64,000 nt of DNA from Botryllus schlosseri (lineage: Eukaryota). The stretch spans positions 14,632,001-14,696,000 of the forward strand of contig CM119380.1 of the NCBI GenBank assembly GCA_051294905.1, given 5' to 3'. The notes under the pieces were generated by a model, which saw only the letters and a program-made list of their open reading frames with translations, was not told the origin of the DNA and made no database searches. Shown piece after piece: positions 13,501 to 24,905 of the stretch (positions are counted from its first letter, which is position 1; every line of letters begins with the position of its first letter). The position numbers and the translations under genes were made by a program.

Positions 13501-15603
13501 ATGCATGTTCCTATATTGGTATATTACGGATGTTAAAGCACACAAGAATTTACAGTTCAAACATTAAATTACGCCATACTCTTTTCAATTACCGTGTCTC
13601 ATCTCCAATCTAATCTTTGGAGTGCAAAATAAGTAAATAAAGAAATGCGAAATACAATGCATTACAGGCTTTAGTTACATTAAAATTAGTATTTCACCAT
13701 ATAGCCAAATATACGATTCATAAGCGTTTACAAATTGCGAATAATGATACAGGACGATAGTGGCCACTATTGCTTGACACAAATTGACACTATTGCTTTA
13801 AAAGGATCACATAAAAACATCATAAAACAGAGCCTAATACCTCGGTTCGCAAGCATTATGTTATTTCGATATCTCAGCTCAACGTGGATATTTTCTAACA
13901 AAATTACATTCGAACTTTAATATACAATGCGTCAAGACTGCTTACTACAACTATACACTTTTGGTAAATATTATTTTTGATTAGCCTATATCTAGATACT
14001 CGATCCTTATCCATTATGAGCTCCTAGTACTATAAAGACATATTTCATTCATTTTCGAAATATGCTCAATTTCAAATCTTCCACTTTTTACTACATTCTG
14101 ACACTAGTCAACAACATCTTTACAATTAATACAACTAATCTTGCTCGCATGATGCTTCTACTGGCTAAATACGGTTCATTTGTTATCATTACATTTGCAT
14201 TTTAAGATCCGACTATATACTTCTGATATCCGCTAACACTATCCTATTTCTCGAAAAGGTCTGGAATCACCGTCCTGTTTAGATCCGCGCTAATACAATA
14301 ATGACGGCGACTAACGTATTATCCTATATTTAATGTGTGACGATCAACATCTGGCCATATGTCCAAGCTTCCGGTATTTAAATTCAGCTAACTTCCTCGT
14401 CGCATCACTCGGGTATTTAACTTGGTGATGTATTTTCTAGTTTATGATGTCATCAACCTCAATTTAATTTCAATTTGGGTTTCAACAAATAAAAAGATTC
14501 ATATAAACCTTTTGTGTTGCATCGTTACAGTCCGTAGATTTTGATAATAATCCGTGATATCTCAAAATATACACAACGGTCCGAATATTAGATAGCGCCA
14601 GTTAGCCATAGTTGCTATGCATTCATAAGCGTAACTAAATCCTAGAATTACGGGTCCCTAATTGTGGATCTTTTGGTTATCATAACTGTGATTCCACGGT
14701 TTTTCCCGCTTCTATACCGACTCGTTGTATGTCAGTCTTTATTCTACTTGCGCCACCTTATAGTTCGCCTGCAAACACATTTACATATTTTATATCGGTA
14801 TTTGTGATAAATTACATCGGTATTTGTAATAAATAACATAAATTCACGGGGCTCGATTTTATAGAACTACTAAAGTAGTATTAACACCTTTATTTCCCAT
14901 TTCTGCCTTAAAAGCAGACAGGTTAATGTAATTTCCACCCGGTAAAAAGCAGTGTGCCCATTAATAATTTTCCGTTTATGATACGGCGGATTTTGCCTGA
15001 GCGCCGGGACCGAAATACCGTTGACTTAGGGCAGATCGTGCACAAGCTCCGATGAAGGTGTTCCAACGAACAGATTTGAAGACTGTCAAAAAACTAATGT
15101 AGCCGCAACCCGCAGATCGCGCCACAGGGTGGATTGAAATATCTGGCTGCTTATATTCCCTTTCGGCACAGAGAAAAAGACTCGCTTTGTTGGTGCGTGT
15201 TTTCTATTAAAAATGAAATACAATAAGCATTGGCAAGTACGTACTAAGCTAATCAAATACAAAGCATCTTACTTGACAATGTGTCTTCCGGGTTTTTTAG
15301 TTTATTTTATTTATAGATTTACTTTGGCTGTAACAAAAGATATCAAAACAGTGAGACAATGAATGAATTAACCTAACTAGCCCTATTCTAGCAATGCAAT
15401 AAACCTAACTATTCCTATTCTATTAACTGAACTTGTGCTAAAACGATCCTACCACTAACGCACGTGCACTAAACAGTGAATTGCACCACGATACGTCAGA
15501 CCTAGTTACCGCTGTGAGGTAACAATGACACTGAGTCCATTTCCTTGTTCGGCAAGAGTGTAAAGGAGCCACAGCGACACCTTAGGGCCGTACGGCGGCT
15601 ACA
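10567..15603 (-). mobile_element. Non-autonomous BEL-related LTR derivative (LARD-like): 4.5-kb internal region plus diverged 5' LTR (15098-15603)
   Basis: 506-bp LTR with multiple substitutions and indels versus the young LTRs; the adjacent ~47 nt match the autonomous leader (TTTTTTGACA.TCTTCAAATCTGTTCGTTGGAACACCTTCATC), then no gag/pol similarity. Confidence 0.65.
11107..11898 (-). CDS. Hypothetical basic 263-aa ORF in the LARD-like interior
   Basis: Long open frame only; no recognisable domain. Confidence 0.25.
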   Translation of the reverse strand: MKLFWLRKRKEDIRILRKNTQLMKTTQQLQLTTRANECQVTARVQHQAKFVKKVTSILHKTAKLFKKARRDVKQATTYLTTVRKVSTKNIADSLEPVLRSQAKSGVARSEITGRVSNLFEMPTPAKVEPVIPLPKCGSRQSSPEVTEDTKLESGNHPTPRSMTERVSLNANANHPIVQGTFLTPLDREKVPQVVLPSQRPKMIDKKQFITAEETVLISPSNRLIIWCMIAVFRYMLHVDTVADSILEYFVGLHCPLLMTMKSI

Positions 15604-16012
15604 TGCTTGTATCGGTGATGTATCAGACTGACAAGAGAGATATTTGATTTTAAGTTTTAAGATAAGTAAAGTTATCTTTAGCATCGGTGAATGAGGCTAG
15701 GACCTGTCCGTTATCTGCCTAAATAAACACGTGCCAAGACTCTGATAGGGACAAAATGAGCATGTTTCACAAACAGGGAATTCGATATCACCCAGGCAGG
15801 ATTGAAAACATGAGTTGAACATGACTTCAATACTGTGACTTGGACTCGACTCGAGTCATAACACCATGACTCGGACTTGACCCTTTAAACGGTGACTTGG
15901 ACTCGGACTCGAGTCTGTGATGAATTGAAAATGACTAGACTCGACTCGAGTCAAAACCACAAAAGTATGATTGACTCGTGACTCGGAACCATGTGACTTT
16001 GTTACAACCCTG

Positions 16013-17090
16013 GTTTTAGGTGAGAATGATTTGCTCGGTTTTTCACCGTAACTTCTTCTTTTGTCTATTGAGGCTCTTTTCCGTTTCTTGCTCTCGACTG
16101 GTGTAAATTCGTTTTCCTTTTCTGCTTCTGCTGGATTATCATCAGTAATCCCATTCAAAAAATGTTCTTCTTCGTCTGCAGCTTGCGACAGATTGTCATT
16201 GTCTAATTCCGTATCTTCTGACTCCGAATCGCGATTTTCTGACTCATCTTGATCTTCATTAAGGTCTGAGTCTGTACCACTTGTGGATAGATTGAGTTCG
16301 TCTATTTTGGTATATACATCCTGTTTATTCTCATTGTCATTTTCATTTGTTTCATTCCTTTCTGTACTATTTTGCTCCCTCTCAGCTTGAGTACCGGTAG
16401 GGTTCTTGCTCTCCTCCGCTCTATTTTTCTCTATAGAGTGGGGAAATCTTTTTTTAATGTTGGACAATCCTTTCTGATATGCCCCGTCGCTAGACATTGG
16501 CTACATCTCTGTGCAGTGCACTTTGCTGCCAAATGATTTCTTTTCCCACATATGTAGCAGTTTCTTTTTTGTTATGTGCGCTTATTTGCCGCCGGAGTGA
16601 ATGTTTTACATGATGCCCCATTTATCTCTATAAACGGCGGCAGCCTTCCCGCCACGTATTCTTCAATGGCCACAGCTCGATAGCCTTTATGAAGGTTTGT
16701 ACCTCTGTGGTACATTTTCATTATGTTCACTACCCTTCCTGCCTCCCAGTATTCTACTGCCCGCGCTACTGCATCGTCTGATGCCTCTGAGGGAACGGCT
16801 CTGATATTAACCGTCGTTAGCTTCGGCTGCGGGATGCTTATTTTGTATCGTTTCCCCCCGTGGGTGAACTGCGTGCATTCGTTCATTAGTTTGTCTCTTG
16901 ATTCTTCGTCTATGAGAGTTATATTGAAGCAGTTTTGTGCGATCTGGAAAACTGCTTCCATTTGTCCCCGATGCTTTTTTGGTTTTTCATTCTCTTCTAT
17001 CACCTTCAACACTTCTGCGAAGGTGATATCATCGTCGCCGACAAAGTCTACAGACCAGGGTCTGTCTCCATGACTTCTGTTATTATTCAT
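16013..17090 (-). pseudogene. Duplicate of the LINE ORF1 remnant
   Basis: Copy of 502-1579 at +15511; one L-to-P change. Confidence 0.8.
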
Positions 17091-17971
17091 TATTTATTTT
17101 AGCATTCAGACTCACGGCCGCTTTATTAAAGATTTGTGTACGGTACATGTACGTACAAGCAACCGTTAGAGATAGGCCTTGACGCACAATCAATCCGAAC
17201 AATGCACTGAGCTATATAATAATGGGGTCGATTGTTTTGTCAAACCTTTCCACGGCCAAAGATTTTCTATGTATAGTGAAATCGTCCGAAGTTTTATTTT
17301 GATATACGTCTTATTTTGTTATTTTTCCGATCTGTTTTATCGGAGTTTGACTTGAGAAACTGTAGTTTATATCCCTTGGGAATTCTAGGGACTTACGCCC
17401 ATTCACGGCAGGTACAGCGACAGCAACCAATTGGGTACCACAAGTACTGCAGGCCTATTCACGGCAGGTATGGCAATACCAATATACTAGTTACCACAGG
17501 TACGTCTAAGGTACTGTACGCCTTTTCACGGCAGGTATGGCAATATCAATTAACTAGGTACCACAGGTACGGCAAGTTATCTAGTCACGGCTACTAGTCT
17601 AGATACCACGTGTTAAAGTCTCTGTTAGTGTAGGAACGTCGCACAGCCAAAAAATTGTAATCCTATAAAAAGTACGTCCTGTCTAAGGGTGGATTGCACA
17701 GATGTCGCTATACGTAATCGCCGATTAAACGTCAGTAATCGGCTGGCTTCCCTTGCACAGATGACGATTAGGCACTAATCGATGAATTTTAATCGGCCAA
17801 ATGTTATCCGCCGAGCTAGGTGTCTAGAAAGTTAATCGGCTGTGTGCTTCGCGGCGACTGCTGTCGGGGCTGGCTATAGGTACATTGGTATTTCGTATTG
17901 AGATGGTGTTAAGTGGATGTTCTGACGTGCAGGTGCGGTATTAGCTGATTATATTGTTCTCTGACACTACT

Positions 17972-18483
17972 TGTAGCCGCAACCCGCAGATCGCGCCACA
18001 GGGTGGATTGAAATATCTGGCTGCTTATATTCCCTTTCGGCACAGAGAAAAAGACTCGCTTTGTTGGTGCGTGTTTTCTATTAAAAATGAAATACAATCA
18101 GCATTGGCAAGTACGTACTAAGCTAATCAAATACAAAGCATCTTACTTGACAATGTGTCTTCCGGGTTTTTTAGTTTATTTTATTTATAGATTTACAGAT
18201 TTACTTTGACTGTAACGAGATATCAAGACAGTGAGACAATGAATGGATTAGCCTAACTAGCCCTATTCTAGAAATGCAATAAACCTAACTATTCCTATTC
18301 TAATAACTGAACTAATGCCAAAACGATCCTACATCTAACGCACGTGCACTAAACAGTGAATTTCACCACGATACGTCAGACCTAGTTACCGCTATGAGGT
18401 AACAATGACACAGAGTCCACTTTCTTGCTCGGCGGGAGTGTGAAGGAGCCACAGCGACACCTTAGGGCCGTACGGCGGCTACA
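17972..18483 (-). repeat. 3' LTR of full-length BEL element
   Basis: Reads identical to 24906-25417 by eye. Confidence 0.95.
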
Positions 18484-18614
18484 TCCTGGCCCCTTGGAAA
18501 TTCAAAATTTGTTCCGAATTTGGAGATTTCCACACATACACACACTCACGCAGCCAGCAGGTTTTTACGAACGAAATGGTAATTAATCAACGATATCAAA
18601 ACACAACACAAAGG

Positions 18615-21600
18615 TTATTGTCTCTCCTGGAGCAAGACAATTTTAGTTATGGGGCGGGTATAAATGGACAGTTTAGTCTGAACCGTAACTGACCTAACGA
18701 GCCCTGATTTGTCAGGATATGTTTGAATGATTCGTCCCAGGAGCCACTGGTTGCGTGGCAAATTATCGTCTACGATCATCACGATATCATCTTTTTGGAT
18801 GTTGCGCACACCTTTATTCCATTTCTGTCTGGTTTGCAAGAGTGGGAGGTATTCTCTCCTCCATCTTTTCCAAAATAAGTCTGCGAGAAATTGGACTTGT
18901 TTCCAACGCCTACGCGAGTAGAGGTCTTTGGAGTCGAAAACACCAGGAGGTAATTGTGGCTCGCATTTCAGTAGCAAGAGTGTGTTGGGTGTGATAGGAG
19001 TCATGTCGAGTGGATCCGTGGACACGACAGTGATGGGTTTGTTGTTCATGATAGATTCACATTCACATAACAGTGTTACGAGAGATTCTTCATTGAGTCT
19101 TTGTTGATTACAAAGAGAGTTCAGTATTTTACGCAGAGTCCGAATCTGCCTTTCGAAGACGCCTCCATGGTGGGAGGCAGCGGGTGTCTGAAACATCCAT
19201 TTTACATTCTTCTGTAAGAGAGCATTGTTTATCTGATTCTGATTCCATGCTTTAATTCCTTCCTTCAGTTCTTTTTCTGAAGAAGTAAAGTTAGTACCAT
19301 TGTCACTTCGAATTTCCATTACCTGTCCTCTCCGGGCAACGAATCTTCGGAGAGCGTTGATGAAGGAGCTGGTGTCCAAAGAGTGAGTATGTTCTATGTG
19401 AGTCGCACGAGTTACCAGGCATGTGAATAAAACTCCATACATCTTGACATCGCTTCTGCCTCGGCGTACAAGGAAAGGCCCGAAGCAGTCACAGGCCACA
19501 TATGTGAATGGGGGTTTATCAGGAACGAGGCGATTCTGTGGCAGATCGGCCATTCTTTGTGATTCTGGTGGACGCTGCCTTTTTCGACACGGCACGCAGT
19601 CGGCCAGCATTTTTCTGATAAGATTACTGGATTTAATGATCCAGTATTTTTGACGAAGTTCCGAGAGCACATATTCTCGGCCACTGTGACCTGTCTTCTC
19701 ATGAATGTGGCGGAGCAGAAGTGTGGCAACTGGACTTTGTCGCGGGATGACGATCGGATGTTTAGCGTTGTACCTCAAAGGAGCAGACGAAATCCTGCCA
19801 CCAACGCGAATCACTTCGTTGTAGAGGAATGGATGTAGCTTGTGTATAGTGCTACCCTTGGACAGTTGGTCCTTTGTTGATAAGTCGCTGATTTCGCGAT
19901 GATAGTAGGTTTTTTGCTCGTGTTTTATAATTTCAGTCTCAGCATTTTCAAGTTCTTCAATACGCAGCGGGCCCACGTTGATGGACTGTTTCTTGGCCTT
20001 TGATCTCAAATTGTGTTTATAGCGCATTATCCATGCAACGATCCGTTTCAATTTGTACCAGGATGAAGATTGCGATAATACGCGGGTGACAATATCGTCG
20101 TTTGGTACCATTACAGAGTATGATTTTTTGGTTACCTTGATTTCCAGGTCGGTGTTGTTCTCATTTTCGAGGAAGTCAGGTTGTTTGGGCCATACAGATT
20201 CTGGCTTCGAGAGGAATTGTGGACCGTTGGTCCAAGCAGGGCAATTCAGAAATGTTTCGGCAGAAAGGCCTCTCGAGGCGATGTCTGCCGGGTTCAACTT
20301 AGATGGTACATACCACCATTGCTTCAAGTTGGACCCGTCTTTGATTTGATTAACGCGGTTAGCAACGAATGTCTTGAAAGATTTATCGGAGTTAGCAAGG
20401 TATCGTAATACCGTTGTACTGTCCGTCCAGAAATAGGAATGGCTGATTTTTAATCTCAGTTCTTCTCGAAAGAACTTGTCGTTGTTGACTGACAGTGTAG
20501 CAGCAGATAGTTCCAACCTTGGTATAGTTGATCCACGAAGGGGAACCAAGCGGGATTTGCCATTGAGAATGGCACAGTGTACCTCACCAGCATGATTGGT
20601 AGAGCGTAAGTACGAAACTGCGCCATAGGCCTTCTCTGACGCGTCAGAGAAATGATGCAGCTGGTAGTCGCAAGTTTCCCCGAAATGGGGAGGGACGTAG
20701 CATCTTGGGATGCTGAATTTTTCCAGAAATATCAGTTCCGATAGCCATTTACGCCACAGGATTTCACATTCGGGTGGAACTGGATCGTCCCATTCTTGAT
20801 TGTTTTTACAGAGTGACTGTAAAAGCATTTTCATTGGTAGCATGACGGGTTGAATTATCATCAAGGGGTCGAAGGTTGAATTCAGGACTGACAGGATGCC
20901 CCTACGAGTGATCGGTTTATCTCGAGTCTTGATTTTGAAACACAAGGTATCATTTTCTATATCCCAGATCAGACCCAGAGTCCTCTCAGTGGGAAGTTCG
21001 TCATTGTATAGGTCCAAGCCTTTGAGTTCGGTGGCCCTTTCATTTTCAGGTATTGCTGCGAGAACATTACGGTCGTTACTCGCAAATTTCACTATTTGGA
21101 AACCACCGCGCGCGACTATGTTCTTGACGTCTGTCATGTGAGAAATAGCAGAGTTCGAGTCCATTTTACTGTCAAGGAAGTCGTCGACATAGAATGAATC
21201 ATACACAGCTTGTATTGATTCTGGTGGGAAATCTGTTTTATTGTCCTCGGCCGTTCTTCGCAAAGCGTAATTGGCACAACTTGGTGAACAGACGGTTCCG
21301 AACAGGAACACTGCCATGCGGTAAACTTCTAGAGGTTTTGATGGATCACCATCTTTCCACCATAGGAAGCGGAAGAGGTCCCTGTCTTCTTCACGAACCT
21401 TCACTTGGTGAAACATAGCGCGAACATCTCCTTGGATGGCGACTGGATATCTACGGAATCTGGATAGGACTCCCACTAGGTTGTTTGTCAAATCTGGCCC
21501 CTGTAACAGGGCCTCGTTAAGTGAGACGTCATCATACTTTGCAGAGCAGTCAAATACTACCCTTATTTTTTGCTTTTCAGGGTGATGAACTCCATGATGG

Positions 21601-24600
21601 CACAGAAACCAAGTTCTGCCGATTTCTGTTGTATCCTCAACCTTTTCGGCATACGAGTTTGCAATCATGTCATTTACAAACGCACAGTACTCAGCATGAA
21701 ATTCAGGATTCTTCACGAATTTGCGTGCAAGGCTGGCCATGCGTGATTCGGCCTGTGAGCGGTTACACGGAAATTTAGCGTTGGGGTTTTTGAGTGGTAG
21801 TTTCATCTCATAATGTCCATCAACGTTTAGTTTGATTGATTTTTCTGCAGATTCGAGAAACAGTTTATCATTTTGTGACAGTTCTTGTTTCTCGTTCTTC
21901 GTCGAGTCCACAAAGTCTCGACACAGCTGACATAAGGATTTAGGTGAATTCAATGTAGACTTTGAGAAAAATACCTTTTTTGTTCCGCCAGCCACTTTGG
22001 CCGGGCAGTTTATCATCCAGCCTGCAAACGTTTTGGTTGCATAATAGTCATTTGGACCATGAATTACCTCCAAGGGCTTGTGAAACCTTCTGTTTTCTTT
22101 TCCAATTAATAGTCCAACTTCGGACGCTAGTTTTGGAATGCACACGTCTTGGAATTCCGGAAATTGGTTTACGTCTTCTTGTCTTGGAATGTCAACGTCC
22201 TCAACACCAATACTGTCAGTTGATACTAATGGTGTGAGCGGAGCATATTCTGTGCCATAGAAGTCGGATAACTCAAGATTATCGAATATGTTACCTTTGT
22301 AACCGGATAATCCTGCCAGGGTGCGAAGATCAAATTCTGTTTGACCGCCTTGGAGGCAAAGTTCATTTGCAAGATTTTCACTAATGAAGGAAAGATGACT
22401 TCCGTTGTCAAAGAAAGCGTGTGTAGCAATATAGCAGTTTGTTCCTCGAATTCTGACGCGGACAGGTGCCACGTTGAGTAACACATTTTCTTCAGGTAAT
22501 TTGGCGAATGCATTGAATTTCACAGGTCCTTGAGCCTTTGGAGCGTTTTCTTGGGCGACAGTTGAAGCCGCAGAATTTTGGACGACGGGTTTGTTCTCAT
22601 CGTTTGTGGACACTGGATTCACATGCAGGAGTGTTGTATGTTTTCCATTACAATGTTGATACTTGCATGGTTTTTCTCTGGTACATTTATCAGACCAGTG
22701 TCCGGGTTGCAAGCACGAGAAGCATAGCTTATTATTTTTCACGAAATCTCTTCTGCCAGTAACGTCCATATCACGGAACTCCTGGCACTGATTGAGGAAG
22801 TGTTTTTTCTTACATTTTACGCACGATGAACCACGGTCATCCTTGGCGTCGTTATTACCAGCACGAACTGAAGTTGCAAAGTTTGATTTTGCTTGCCTTA
22901 CAGCAACTGGCTTATTGTTTGTACTACTTTGTTCTCGGGGAGGAACGTTTGACGCTTCACGTACCTTTTTTCGCAGGTAAGCAGATATGTCGCTCACTTT
23001 CACATCGCTCTTCAGTTCATGAAGGATATGGTCCATGACACTAAGCCAGCCTGACCTCCATTGTGAGGGCATTCTGAGTGCGATTTTATCAATTGTCTCC
23101 AGCGAGACGGATTGGTAGTTAATACCTTTGAGAGTATTTACACAGGATATAAGGTCAGCGGAAAGAATCGCCAAGCCATCTTGATCATGCAACTTCACTT
23201 GAGGACCAGAAGATACCGAGTTTAAGCAGGAAGGTCCGATTCGGAACTTTTGGCCATACGTCTCTTGTAATAGTTTCAGGGCTTCTCTGTAGCAGTTATC
23301 AGCATCAAGGTGTAAGCAGCTCTTGACGAGAGTATTTGCTGGTCCTTTGGTGTAACGCATCAAGTAGACCAGTTTTTGTTTTGGTTCAGTAATTTTGTTT
23401 CCAATCGTCGTTTCGAAAATATCCATGAAACTATTGAAATCACTGGGGTTACCAGAAAATATTGGGGGTTCGAAAGGTGGCAAAAGGTTTTGTTGAATTA
23501 CTGGCGGAGCTACAGAATACACAACGTTGGCGGGCGAACGAGAGTCATTTTTTATCGAATTCAAAATCGAACTAGGCACTACTTCTGGGTCAGGTGGCCT
23601 TCTCGCATCGAAAATAGGCTTATGATTCAAAGCAGTGAGCGGAGAAGTTGTAGCTACCATGTTTGTTAGATTTGACATGATGGGACTATTAGACCAAACC
23701 AAGTTAGAAGGTTGAAGATAGGCGTTAGTGCCAGATATCACAGTACTAGGGCTACTTATACTCGTACTGCTGGCGTTCGTTGCACTCACACTACTTGCAT
23801 TCATAGCACCTACACTGCGAATTGGTAAGGAACAATATGAACTTCCAAGGGGTGAGAAAATAGCCGACGTACCTGTTTCTGAGAGATTTGGAGTCACCGA
23901 CGATTCTCGAAGTTGCTGCGGTTCTGGTTTCACCACTGGTGCCAGTGGAACGTCGGCGTTCTCGGATACTGTGACGGAGTTCGAGCTTGATGTTGGTTGA
24001 TGCACAATTTGGGTGCTTTTAGAGCCGTTATAGAGTCCCCGTTCAATCATAATTTCCTCGAATTGAGCTTCTGATTGTAGCTTTTCTCGCTCAGTTCTAT
24101 CGTCAATTTCTTGAAGGTTATTCTTCAGTCTTTGATTCAAAGACCTTCTGCCTTCGAGAGCTTTCTTTTTATGCATTTCGAGTTTTTGTCGTAACTCAAT
24201 TTGATACCTCTTTTCTTCTTCTTGACGCCTCTTTTCCTCTTCTTGACGCCTCTTTGCTTCTTCTTGACGCCTTTTTTCCTCTTCTTCTTGTTGACGTCGT
24301 AATTCCTGGTAGATCTGTTCCTCTTCAGATCTTATCTGATCTTCGAAGGCGTCATTTTCTTGTTGAAAGCGATGCTGGACGTGTTTTTTGTCCATTTCAG
24401 CCTTTTTGTCGCGGTGAACATCCCTTGAGTGTTGTAGACTGAGTATTTGAGAGTTACTCATGTAGCTTGATCCTGTTGCAGTGCTTGAGACGGACGATCG
24501 TGATTTCAGTGATTTGACAAGTGCCGGTAGGGTTTTTGGCTTGTTTGAGCAGTGGCTCGATGACAAGGACGCCCTGCCTTTGGTCGGCAGGCTCCTAAGA

Positions 24601-24842
24601 GTCATAGAATGTGACCTCAGTAACTTTGATTTGTGAATCGTCGACACAGCTGACTTTGACTTTTTGTTTTCTTTTGGTTTGTCAGTGTTCGACATTCTTT
24701 GGATTTGTTCGAGGCCAAAAGAACCACTGCTTGTGCCCGGCTGGGCATTGTTTGATTTTTCATTACGTACCGGTACTGTCGTTTGCTCTTCGGTCTCCAC
24801 TAGCAGCAAGTTTGCGTGAGATGAATCAGCTTCTTCAGCCAT
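18615..24842 (-). CDS. BEL/Pao Gag-Pol polyprotein, 2075 aa
   Basis: Three zinc knuckles (CVKCKKKHFLNQC, CFSCLQPGHWSDKC, CKYQHCNGKHTTLLH), protease FFDNGS, RT FYVDD, RNase H FSDASEKAYG, integrase HHCC + CDCFGP/SDNGTNF/FERQI in PR-RT-RH-IN order. Confidence 0.97.
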   Translation of the reverse strand: MAEEADSSHANLLLVETEEQTTVPVRNEKSNNAQPGTSSGSFGLEQIQRMSNTDKPKENKKSKSAVSTIHKSKLLRSHSMTLRSLPTKGRASLSSSHCSNKPKTLPALVKSLKSRSSVSSTATGSSYMSNSQILSLQHSRDVHRDKKAEMDKKHVQHRFQQENDAFEDQIRSEEEQIYQELRRQQEEEEKRRQEEAKRRQEEEKRRQEEEKRYQIELRQKLEMHKKKALEGRRSLNQRLKNNLQEIDDRTEREKLQSEAQFEEIMIERGLYNGSKSTQIVHQPTSSSNSVTVSENADVPLAPVVKPEPQQLRESSVTPNLSETGTSAIFSPLGSSYCSLPIRSVGAMNASSVSATNASSTSISSPSTVISGTNAYLQPSNLVWSNSPIMSNLTNMVATTSPLTALNHKPIFDARRPPDPEVVPSSILNSIKNDSRSPANVVYSVAPPVIQQNLLPPFEPPIFSGNPSDFNSFMDIFETTIGNKITEPKQKLVYLMRYTKGPANTLVKSCLHLDADNCYREALKLLQETYGQKFRIGPSCLNSVSSGPQVKLHDQDGLAILSADLISCVNTLKGINYQSVSLETIDKIALRMPSQWRSGWLSVMDHILHELKSDVKVSDISAYLRKKVREASNVPPREQSSTNNKPVAVRQAKSNFATSVRAGNNDAKDDRGSSCVKCKKKHFLNQCQEFRDMDVTGRRDFVKNNKLCFSCLQPGHWSDKCTREKPCKYQHCNGKHTTLLHVNPVSTNDENKPVVQNSAASTVAQENAPKAQGPVKFNAFAKLPEENVLLNVAPVRVRIRGTNCYIATHAFFDNGSHLSFISENLANELCLQGGQTEFDLRTLAGLSGYKGNIFDNLELSDFYGTEYAPLTPLVSTDSIGVEDVDIPRQEDVNQFPEFQDVCIPKLASEVGLLIGKENRRFHKPLEVIHGPNDYYATKTFAGWMINCPAKVAGGTKKVFFSKSTLNSPKSLCQLCRDFVDSTKNEKQELSQNDKLFLESAEKSIKLNVDGHYEMKLPLKNPNAKFPCNRSQAESRMASLARKFVKNPEFHAEYCAFVNDMIANSYAEKVEDTTEIGRTWFLCHHGVHHPEKQKIRVVFDCSAKYDDVSLNEALLQGPDLTNNLVGVLSRFRRYPVAIQGDVRAMFHQVKVREEDRDLFRFLWWKDGDPSKPLEVYRMAVFLFGTVCSPSCANYALRRTAEDNKTDFPPESIQAVYDSFYVDDFLDSKMDSNSAISHMTDVKNIVARGGFQIVKFASNDRNVLAAIPENERATELKGLDLYNDELPTERTLGLIWDIENDTLCFKIKTRDKPITRRGILSVLNSTFDPLMIIQPVMLPMKMLLQSLCKNNQEWDDPVPPECEILWRKWLSELIFLEKFSIPRCYVPPHFGETCDYQLHHFSDASEKAYGAVSYLRSTNHAGEVHCAILNGKSRLVPLRGSTIPRLELSAATLSVNNDKFFREELRLKISHSYFWTDSTTVLRYLANSDKSFKTFVANRVNQIKDGSNLKQWWYVPSKLNPADIASRGLSAETFLNCPAWTNGPQFLSKPESVWPKQPDFLENENNTDLEIKVTKKSYSVMVPNDDIVTRVLSQSSSWYKLKRIVAWIMRYKHNLRSKAKKQSINVGPLRIEELENAETEIIKHEQKTYYHREISDLSTKDQLSKGSTIHKLHPFLYNEVIRVGGRISSAPLRYNAKHPIVIPRQSPVATLLLRHIHEKTGHSGREYVLSELRQKYWIIKSSNLIRKMLADCVPCRKRQRPPESQRMADLPQNRLVPDKPPFTYVACDCFGPFLVRRGRSDVKMYGVLFTCLVTRATHIEHTHSLDTSSFINALRRFVARRGQVMEIRSDNGTNFTSSEKELKEGIKAWNQNQINNALLQKNVKWMFQTPAASHHGGVFERQIRTLRKILNSLCNQQRLNEESLVTLLCECESIMNNKPITVVSTDPLDMTPITPNTLLLLKCEPQLPPGVFDSKDLYSRRRWKQVQFLADLFWKRWRREYLPLLQTRQKWNKGVRNIQKDDIVMIVDDNLPRNQWLLGRIIQTYPDKSGLVRSVTVQTKLSIYTRPITKIVLLQERQ

Positions 24843-24905
24843 TTTGGTTTTCTTTCTTGATGAAGGTGTTCCAACGAACAGATTTGAAGATTGTCAAAAA
24901 ACGAA

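Larger units (their letters stand above)
10567..20591. repeat. Second unit (10,025 bp) of a recent tandem segmental duplication; first unit ends at 10566 and starts upstream of the window
   Basis: 1-2198 = 15512-17709 and 7686-10566 = 17711-20591; the only substitutions I noticed are 1470/16981 and 8007/18032. Confidence 0.9.

Noticed and set aside
17999-18011. AGGGTGGATTG shared by the BEL LTR and the Harbinger-2 end
   Set aside because: An 11-nt match with no further similarity; most likely chance.
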